Counted from the stretch's first letter, positions 56,236 to 62,654 are shown. The stretch is DNA of 64,000 bases from a virus (IMGVR_UViG_3300028260_000001:56333-120332); one strand, 5' to 3'. The notes: generated by a model not told the origin, from the sequence alone. A program made the numbers and translations.

Positions 56236-58080
56236 ATGAACGTATATGAATGGATGGGCGCAACTGAGAGCGAACCACCACTACATGAAGATGATTCCCG
56301 AGAAGACCCAACCCATCGTCCCCAAGTTCCTCACGAAGATGACGATAACAGACAGCACCATGGCGACAGTTCGCCAGCCGGTGGTGGTCGAGTACAATCT
56401 GAAACCGAACACCAAACAGATCGTGTCATCCAAGACCCAGAGATGCTAGAAGACCTGACTGCATCTAACGAATCGATCATTGAAGACATTCGTAAGTTCT
56501 TCAAGATGCACAACCGCGGTAGTAAGTTCGAAGAGATGGATGGTAATGCTCGCGCAGGCGCAGCTAAGATCCTTAAATCCATCGGTGATACTTTCGCTAA
56601 TAAGCAGTGGTTGGATAAGCAAACTCCGATCACGCACAAAATCAAAGTAGGTGATCTGACCGATCGACTGAACCTGGATCAGATGGCTGCCACGATCAAA
56701 GAAACCTATGCGATTAATGCTTCGTTCCAGAATGCCATGCAAACAGCACAACAACAAGTGTTGAAGCAAATGCTCCCAGTTATGAAACAGTGGGGAGCTG
56801 ACAAGATTACCGATAAGGTGTATGAAGCTACTAAGGCAATGCTGAAGGAAGTTAAACCTCTCAGCGAAGTCATTAAGAAGCCAACTCGCCTAAAGACCAA
56901 TCTGCTGCCAGGCGAAGCTACTGCTGAAGGGCGTGATCCCATGACTCCAGAAGAAGTTCTGGAAGTAGCGACAATCATCCTGAACTCGATGAAGGAAGAC
57001 TCTCAGCAAATCGAAACGAACTCTGAATGGATCTATGGCGAACTGGAAGGTTTCCTGGATGCAGAGTATGAAATCGAACGTAATGATGGCCACTCAGAAT
57101 CCTACAACCTAGAAGCGTGGATGGATCTTTGTGCAGCTGTCTACCGTAAGATCTCCATTGATACTGTTCCAGAGATGATGGCGGCATTCCGTCAATTCGA
57201 AGGCGCATGCGTTGCAGCGGTTATCTACATGGAACGTTCTTTCAAAGGTGGTAAGGGTGTAGCTGTAGAAGACTTCACCATCGCTAACGAAGGTTTCCTG
57301 GATGCCATCAAGAGCCTGTTTAAACAGAAACCTAAAGACGTAGAAGTCAAAGGTCTGGATAACAACGTGATCAAGCAACTCGAAGACACCCTGTTAAATG
57401 ACAACTGGCTTAAAGAACAGACGCTGACTACCGGTACTGTTGAAGTTCGTTTCCCAGATGCAGCTCAGGATGGTAACTACAAACCACTAGTAGGTCGTAT
57501 CCAGCAAGAACTGGACAAGGCGGCTAAGATCAATGCGGCAGCGTCCAATAAATGGCTTAACTACATCAAGGTTGGTGTGGATCTTATTATCTCTGGTAAC
57601 CTAAAGAATGCCAACCTAGAACAAGTTCAGAAGCTAAACGAATTCATTGTCTATGATGATATTGATTTCGGTCGACAGGACATCGAGCCCGATAACATTA
57701 CTGAAGATGACGCTGAAGTTGAATTGCCAGCTCTTGATGAGAAAGGAATCAAAGAGGCAACGAAGACAATCATCCAGTTGATTGAAATGCGTAATCAATA
57801 CGGTAGGAAATCATTCGGTAATGTGCCTACTTACGTTCCTAGCAAGCGTAAAGAAATGATCGAGAACCTGGAGGATGATGATCTACGTGAAGCCTTAACG
57901 ACGTTGTGTTCAGAAGTAGACGACATCCTGGGGTATTTCGTAGAGGGCTTCTACCAACATCAGTATAACTACTTCTACATGGTAGAAGGGTTAGCTAAAC
58001 CACTGATGCATTGGATCCAGAAATCGATCACTGGTATCAAGTACGGTAATGAGGCATTTGCTGATGTGGGAAAGCGTTAA
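56236..58080 (+). CDS. Internal head/ejection-type virion protein with an acidic propeptide and repeated modules
   Basis: 614 aa from MNVYEW (AAGGA RBS); acidic N-terminus; SNE, ANE and GNE match the phiKZ prohead protease S/A/G-X-E cleavage consensus; two full homologous modules. Confidence 0.7.
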   Translation: MNVYEWMGATESEPPLHEDDSREDPTHRPQVPHEDDDNRQHHGDSSPAGGGRVQSETEHQTDRVIQDPEMLEDLTASNESIIEDIRKFFKMHNRGSKFEEMDGNARAGAAKILKSIGDTFANKQWLDKQTPITHKIKVGDLTDRLNLDQMAATIKETYAINASFQNAMQTAQQQVLKQMLPVMKQWGADKITDKVYEATKAMLKEVKPLSEVIKKPTRLKTNLLPGEATAEGRDPMTPEEVLEVATIILNSMKEDSQQIETNSEWIYGELEGFLDAEYEIERNDGHSESYNLEAWMDLCAAVYRKISIDTVPEMMAAFRQFEGACVAAVIYMERSFKGGKGVAVEDFTIANEGFLDAIKSLFKQKPKDVEVKGLDNNVIKQLEDTLLNDNWLKEQTLTTGTVEVRFPDAAQDGNYKPLVGRIQQELDKAAKINAAASNKWLNYIKVGVDLIISGNLKNANLEQVQKLNEFIVYDDIDFGRQDIEPDNITEDDAEVELPALDEKGIKEATKTIIQLIEMRNQYGRKSFGNVPTYVPSKRKEMIENLEDDDLREALTTLCSEVDDILGYFVEGFYQHQYNYFYMVEGLAKPLMHWIQKSITGIKYGNEAFADVGKR

Positions 58081-58130
58081 GTGGTCTCTTCCGTGCAAAG
58101 GAAACTGATCCTACTGTCGTAGGTGACCAC
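58068..58130 (+). other. Candidate programmed -1 ribosomal frameshift signal
   Basis: In-frame slippery heptamer G GGA AAG (58068-58074), 6-nt spacer, then stem GTGGTC/GACCAC enclosing TTCC/GGAA and CCTAC/GTAGG hairpins. Confidence 0.65.
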
Positions 58131-58811
58131 AACTATCAGAAAGCAAAGCGGTTGGTAGAGCAAACGTTCTTTAACGATTCGTGGTTATCACAGCAAACCT
58201 TTACTGGTAAACCTGTGAAGGTATCGTTCCCTGGTAACTTAACGAAGTTCGATAACTCAATCATCGATACGATTCGTCGTGATGCTCAGCCCCATTCCAA
58301 GAAGGCAGGTGAATACCTCAAAGAAGGCTTCAAACCAGTCAATGAAGTTATCCATTACCTTTACCAGCACGGATGGGAACAAGATCCAGACAAAGCAAAA
58401 GAGTTCTTGAAGACAGTTGACTTCAAAGTTCATCTGAACCCAGAACACATTCAGATCGCTAAGCCCAACGAAGAACACGAACTCCCTGCTCTAGATGAGA
58501 AGTCTATTAAGGCAGTGGCTAAGACGTTCTTAGATCTGGTGGAACTGAAGCGTGAACTGTGGGATGTTCACCTGATGCGAATCTGGAAGACGTTTGGTGT
58601 AGAGGGTTCTCATTACGGTAAAGGTGGTAAGCGTTATCGCGATGCTGAAGCAACCAATGCACCACCTGAAGTTTACAAGCTGTTCCAGAAGCTGCACAAG
58701 TATGGAGAGGACTTTGAAGCATGTCTTTACAAGTTCAATTCTTCTTACACGGAAATCACTGTCCCAACAGCTGATGGGTTACTACGGTGGATGTCACGTT
58801 CGATCGCTTAG
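58074..58811 (+). CDS. Third module of the head protein, in the -1 frame (frameshift extension)
   Basis: The -1 frame is open from 58065. It reads (K)ALSGLFRAKETDP...LVEQTFFNDSWLSQQ and is homologous to modules 1 and 2; no clear RBS or ATG of its own. Confidence 0.7.
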   Translation, partial: ALSGLFRAKETDPTVVGDHNYQKAKRLVEQTFFNDSWLSQQTFTGKPVKVSFPGNLTKFDNSIIDTIRRDAQPHSKKAGEYLKEGFKPVNEVIHYLYQHGWEQDPDKAKEFLKTVDFKVHLNPEHIQIAKPNEEHELPALDEKSIKAVAKTFLDLVELKRELWDVHLMRIWKTFGVEGSHYGKGGKRYRDAEATNAPPEVYKLFQKLHKYGEDFEACLYKFNSSYTEITVPTADGLLRWMSRSIA

Positions 58812-58936
58812 GAATAAAATACTTGGCGGGAGATAGTATAGTTGAGGACCTGCGTGCCTCAACACCACCCAGTCACTCGCCGGAGCATCCTACGGAGCGC
58901 TTCTAGAAGAGATCCTTCTGTGATTGTCACTTGTAA

Positions 58937-58966
58937 GGGCTATCCTTCGGGATGGCCTTTATGCCG
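58937..58966 (+). terminator. Terminator with TTTATGCCG tail
   Basis: GGCTATCC-TTCG-GGATGGCC-TTTATGCCG. Confidence 0.75.
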
Positions 58967-58995
58967 CAATCGTATGTTACAGAAGGAGAACCACA

Positions 58996-59511
58996 ATGAG
59001 TTCATTTACCCGCTTTACCGCTGCAAACCACTTAACCCTGGATGACAACGCTAGCAACATCTTAGGGAAGAACTATTACCGTGTCACTGAAGGCTTCCGT
59101 TATTACATCGGACATGAGAACTCAGACAAGTATGTCGACGTCCCTACCGGCTTTCTAACTGACGGTGCTTCCGTTCCATTCTTCCTACAGTGGTTGATTC
59201 CACCCCTGGGCGAATATTCCCAAGCGTGTACCTTACACGACTGGTTGTGTGAACATTATGAAATTACGCAAGTAGTTAATGGTGTGCCTACCCAGGTGAA
59301 GATCGACCGTGAAGAAATTGATCGTATTCTTTACGAAGCCATGCGTGTTTTGAATGTTGCTGCTTGGAGACGGAACATTATCCAAGTTGGCGTAGACGCG
59401 TACCGATTCGTCACCCGGCCTACTAAACCAAAAGTTGACCCAAGAAAGACGGAGCTCGAACGTGGAACGAATTATTCGCTTGGCCCTGCGACCGCTTTAC
59501 CAGCCGGTTAA
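58996..59511 (+). CDS. DUF1353-family protein
   Basis: VPTGFLTDGASVP and ACTLHDWL motifs, then IDREEIDRILYEAM; AAGGAG RBS. Confidence 0.85.
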   Translation: MSSFTRFTAANHLTLDDNASNILGKNYYRVTEGFRYYIGHENSDKYVDVPTGFLTDGASVPFFLQWLIPPLGEYSQACTLHDWLCEHYEITQVVNGVPTQVKIDREEIDRILYEAMRVLNVAAWRRNIIQVGVDAYRFVTRPTKPKVDPRKTELERGTNYSLGPATALPAG

Positions 59512-59656
59512 AGACGTAACGAAACACCTGGCAATCACACACATCCCACTGGAAGCCGATAACGAGATGATTCGTATCGGTGGTGGGTTTAACAAAGGAC
59601 GCGGATTCGTTCGTGTTGATCTGTGGCGCGATGCTTACCGAGTAACACGGAAATGA
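59462..59656 (+). CDS. Small hypothetical protein
   Basis: Likely GTG start with GGAG upstream; ATGA overlap with the next gene. Confidence 0.4.
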   Translation: MERIIRLALRPLYQPVKDVTKHLAITHIPLEADNEMIRIGGGFNKGRGFVRVDLWRDAYRVTRK

Positions 59657-60051
59657 AAGAAGTATTCTTAGGTGGTACGTGCGCCGGACCCGATTACCGG
59701 GAGCAGTTGATTCCATTACTAACTGTTCCTTACTTCAACCCAGTTGTTAAAGATTGGAAGCCAGAAGATGCCGCAAAAGAAGACGCAGCGAAGCAGTCTG
59801 CCAGCATTAACGTGTTTGTCATTACTCCTGCTGCTGTGGGTATGTATTCTATAGCAGAGCTCACAGAACTCGCTATTCAATCCGACAGACCGTTATTCGT
59901 AATGTTCATGGAAGTCGAAGGGTTCACCTGGAACGAACATCAACACCGATCCAACGAGCAGATCAAGAAGTTGTTGTCGAAGTACAAAGCGTTCATCTTC
60001 GAAGACCTACCTAAGATGGCTAACGTCATTAATTGGATGGCCAATCGATGA
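59653..60051 (+). CDS. Nucleoside 2-deoxyribosyltransferase-like protein
   Basis: VFLGGTC...YREQLI...YFNPVVKDW...VFVITP...YSIAE pattern of the Nuc_deoxyri_tr2-type family. Confidence 0.75.
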   Translation: MKEVFLGGTCAGPDYREQLIPLLTVPYFNPVVKDWKPEDAAKEDAAKQSASINVFVITPAAVGMYSIAELTELAIQSDRPLFVMFMEVEGFTWNEHQHRSNEQIKKLLSKYKAFIFEDLPKMANVINWMANR

Positions 60052-60183
60052 TCTCCTACATCCCGCATCCAACGGCTTTTGCCAATCGCCCACCTTTCTT
60101 GCGTGAGGGTGCGCTCGTTGTAGAAGATAGCAACAAACGAAGACCTCCGGCTAATTACCGGTCAGGCAAACGAGATCCTCAAC

Positions 60184-60690
60184 ATGTGGGAACAATTACT
60201 AGCAGGTAAAAAATACGATCCGCCAGGCGATACATTGATTTCAATGTTGGCAGATACCACTGGACTAGCGGTAAATGGAAACGGTGAAGTCTATGCACCA
60301 AACAACCAGCAAACTACGCCAGGTGATGGTAAACGCTATGACTTCAAACCAGATCCGCAAGGCCGCCTGATTAAGAAGCTAACAGCTAATTTCCGTTATG
60401 CTGCTAACACAGCCGCTCTTACAGCGGCTTACTTCTATTGGCTACCAGGAACTACATGGGATACTCGCGTTGGTTTATATGACGAATGGAACGGTCAAGC
60501 TGGATTCCGTCTAGTTTCCGATCTCCATGATCGAGTGCTGGTGACCGCGGACTTCAATGGTACCTTAACGCGCACTTTCGATCCACCCATCCCACAGAGT
60601 GAATTGAGTGTTAAGTTTGGTGGTCGAACAGGACTATCATATTCACCGGCATACATCACAAATATCGTCCTCGAATACGATGAGAACTAA
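60184..60690 (+). CDS. Hypothetical beta-rich protein, possibly virion accessory
   Basis: 168 aa; N-terminus shared with the 63558 ORF. Confidence 0.6.
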   Translation: MWEQLLAGKKYDPPGDTLISMLADTTGLAVNGNGEVYAPNNQQTTPGDGKRYDFKPDPQGRLIKKLTANFRYAANTAALTAAYFYWLPGTTWDTRVGLYDEWNGQAGFRLVSDLHDRVLVTADFNGTLTRTFDPPIPQSELSVKFGGRTGLSYSPAYITNIVLEYDEN

Positions 60691-60827
60691 GTTGTTGTTT
60701 TATATACAACTATATGTGATTGGACCAGCGCAATAGTGCAATCCAATCACAGTTGTCTTTGCCCCGAAGTAAAATAATACTCGGTGTGTAATAGTATACG
60801 AGAGCAGTTGCTGCCTCATGCTTGATG

Positions 60828-60903
60828 GTGAACGTAGTTCAGTTGGTAGAACCCTGGAATGTGACTCCAGTGGTCGAGAGTTCAATCCTCTCCGTTCACA
60901 CCA
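60828..60903 (+). tRNA. trnH: tRNA-His (GUG)
   Basis: Cloverleaf: GTGAACG/CGTTCAC, D-stem GTTC/GAAC, CTGGA-ATGTGAC-TCCAG, T-arm GAGAG-TTCAATC-CTCTC, encoded CCA. Confidence 0.9.
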
Positions 60904-60941
60904 ATTCACGATGGCGTTATAAACGACATTGTTTGCTTTAA

Positions 60942-61024
60942 GGGTTGTTAGGGGAGCGGTCAAACCCATCGGACTGTAAATCCGCGCCTAGGCTACCGTG
61001 GTTCGAATCCACGCCAACCCACCA
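60942..61024 (+). tRNA. trnY: tRNA-Tyr (GUA)
   Basis: Anticodon loop CTGTAAA, long variable arm, T-arm CGTGG-TTCGAAT-CCACG, encoded CCA. Confidence 0.88.
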
Positions 61025-61026
61025 AT

Positions 61027-61124
61027 TTGAATTAGTAGAGGACTTGGGTTCAATACCCTTGACTCGGAAGGCCCGCCTACCCAACAGGGCTGTTAGCTTA
61101 CAGGTTAGAGCGCTACTAATTCGA
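61027..61124 (+). ncRNA. Circularly permuted tRNA-like RNA (Y RNA/YrlA-like architecture)
   Basis: Terminal 10-bp perfect stem GAATTAGTAG/CTACTAATTC encloses variable loop, T-arm, loop-closed acceptor-like stem and canonical D-arm, in that order. Confidence 0.6.
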
Positions 61125-61132
61125 TGTTTTAC

Positions 61133-61208
61133 GGCTCCATAGCGCAGCGGTTAGCGTACCGGCCTGTCACGCCGGTGGTCAGGGGTTCAAATCCCCTTGG
61201 AGTCGCCA
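61133..61208 (+). tRNA. trnD: tRNA-Asp (GUC)
   Basis: GGCTCCA/TGGAGTC, CCGGC-CTGTCAC-GCCGG, T-arm, encoded CCA. Confidence 0.93.
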
Positions 61209-61212
61209 ATTC

Positions 61213-61400
61213 GATTACCGGATCAGCTCTTGCACCAAACGGGTAACCGTTAGCTCGTTGCAAGCCTTGGTAATCTTTACTAGCATCGAAGGGTTAAAAC
61301 CCCATGACCGGGCGGACCGGCGACTGCTAGTCGATCATCTTCTGACAAACACCACTTACCGATTCGTACGGTAGGTAGAGTCCAGGTAACAAGGTGATCA
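61213..61400 (+). ncRNA. Unassigned structured non-coding RNA A
   Basis: Three consecutive closed stem domains between tRNA-Asp and tRNA-Pro; no ORF of note. Confidence 0.45.
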
Positions 61401-61409
61401 CCCTTTTCT

Positions 61410-61486
61410 CTAAGTGTAGTTCAGTTGGATAGAATGCGTGGTTTGGGACCACGTGGTCGGAGGTTCGAGTCCTCCCACTTAGACCA
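61410..61486 (+). tRNA. trnP: tRNA-Pro (UGG)
   Basis: CTAAGTG/CACTTAG, CGTGG-TTTGGGA-CCACG, T-arm, encoded CCA. Confidence 0.93.
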
Positions 61487-61493
61487 GTTTCAT

Positions 61494-61569
61494 CACCACC
61501 TTAGCTCAGTTGGGAGAGCGCACCCTGTATCAGGGTTGATGTCGCGGGTTCGATCCCCGCAGGTCGGTG
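61494..61569 (+). ncRNA. Non-canonical tRNA-like RNA or pseudo-tRNA
   Basis: Canonical D-arm TAGCTCAGTTGGGAGAGCG and T-arm GCGGG-TTCGATC-CCCGC, but anticodon arm ACCCTG-TAT-CAGGGT, bulged acceptor stem and no CCA. Confidence 0.65.
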
Positions 61570-61570
61570 T

Positions 61571-61750
61571 GCCGAACAGAAGGTACTTAGGTACAGAACT
61601 AAAACGAGGCGACGCTACGCGCCTACCTAGTAAACGCGACCTGACGCGCAGGGTAATCAATTACTAGGGAACTGTTCGGGTAAAGATTTCAAGCGCCTCC
61701 TAGTCCACACAGCGAGCTAGGGTCAAAGGTCATCCAGAGGAAGCCTGGTA
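61571..61750 (+). ncRNA. Unassigned structured non-coding RNA B
   Basis: 8-bp CCGAACAG/CTGTTCGG closing a multi-branched domain that contains a second 8-bp stem. Confidence 0.45.
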
Positions 61751-61766
61751 TCGCAATTCAATTTCA

Positions 61767-61842
61767 TTCGAGATAGCTCAGTAGGTAGAGCAGCGGACTG
61801 TTAATCCGTTGGTCCCAGGTTCGAACCCTGGTCTCGGAGCCA
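61767..61842 (+). tRNA. trnN: tRNA-Asn (GUU), copy 1
   Basis: TTCGAGA/TCTCGGA, anticodon loop CTGTTAA, T-arm, encoded CCA. Confidence 0.93.
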
Positions 61843-61847
61843 AACAT

Positions 61848-61922
61848 TCCCACTTAGCTCAGCGGTAGAGCACACGGCTGTTAACCGTGCGGTCCCTGGT
61901 TCGAATCCAGGAGTGGGAGCCA
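61848..61922 (+). tRNA. trnN: tRNA-Asn (GUU), copy 2
   Basis: TCCCACT/AGTGGGA, CACGG-CTGTTAA-CCGTG, T-arm, encoded CCA. Confidence 0.93.
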
Positions 61923-61931
61923 TTAGCATTG

Positions 61932-61958
61932 GGGAGTCTTAGGACTCCTTTTATGCCG
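61932..61958 (+). terminator. Terminator of the tRNA cluster
   Basis: GGAGTC-TTAG-GACTCC followed by TTTTATGCCG. Confidence 0.75.
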
Positions 61959-61981
61959 CCAATCATAAAAGAGGAAAACAA

Positions 61982-62266
61982 ATGCCAGCGGAAGATCTAC
62001 TGTTCCACGGGAAACTAACACGAGATGGATGTCGAATATTAGAATTCCCTACATACACGATCGGTAAAGATGGACCTTACTGGAATGTATTGTGCTCGTC
62101 ATATGGCAACTCAGGGCACCTCAATAGTGAGGCTGAAGCGCTGGACTGGGTAAGACGATATATTAAAAGTTATGTACGGCTATCAGATTACCAAACCCTT
62201 CGTTCGGAGAATGAAGAACTGAAACGTAAACTAGCCGAATATGAAATTGACCATACAGGTGACTAA
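61982..62266 (+). CDS. Hypothetical protein
   Basis: 94 aa with GAGG RBS. Confidence 0.6.
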   Translation: MPAEDLLFHGKLTRDGCRILEFPTYTIGKDGPYWNVLCSSYGNSGHLNSEAEALDWVRRYIKSYVRLSDYQTLRSENEELKRKLAEYEIDHTGD

Positions 62267-62475
62267 TGCTAGAACGTATTGAAGAACAAAAAGTCTATCG
62301 TTCCCCTACAGGCAAACCATTCCGTGTTCTGTACTTAGCTCGACATGCACAGGACTGTAGTTGGCCTATGGTTGTCTATACTAACTTAGGTCCTACTGAA
62401 GATGCACCAATGGGTACAGTATGGACTATTGCAGAAAGTATCTTCCTCCGTACATTCAGTGAGTCTAAGTCATGA
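62266..62475 (+). CDS. DUF1653-like small SH3-fold protein
   Basis: VYRSPTGKPFRVLYLARH......MVVY.......VW......F pattern. Confidence 0.65.
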   Translation: MLERIEEQKVYRSPTGKPFRVLYLARHAQDCSWPMVVYTNLGPTEDAPMGTVWTIAESIFLRTFSESKS

Positions 62476-62654
62476 TGACACCTGGTTTAGTAGAACGAAT
62501 AGCTGAGCGGATAGCATCTGCTATGGGAATGACCCAAGACGAGTTCCAAGATCACCAGAAGAAACACATGGAAGAACTCAATCAACGACTATCTACACAA
62601 CTAGAGAATCAACGAATGACTCCTGAGATCCTAGAGAAAAGGTGTACGTTATGA
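62472..62654 (+). CDS. Small paralog 1 (C-terminal RMTPEILEKRCTL)
   Basis: 60 aa, ATGA-coupled. Confidence 0.65.
   Translation: MMTPGLVERIAERIASAMGMTQDEFQDHQKKHMEELNQRLSTQLENQRMTPEILEKRCTL

Noticed and set aside
60048-60209. Possible 53-aa ORF (MISYIPHPTAF...) coupled to the deoxyribosyltransferase-like gene
   Set aside because: It has an ATGA overlap but no other support and overlaps the next gene; too weak to call.
61279-61331. Three-way junction resembling a hammerhead ribozyme
   Set aside because: The junction strands (TCGAA, CATGA, CGAC) do not match the required CUGANGA/GAAA/UH core.
60700-61667. ORFs 60700-60969, 60945-61142 and 61425-61667
   Set aside because: They overlap clear tRNA cloverleaves; the translations look random and lack RBSs.
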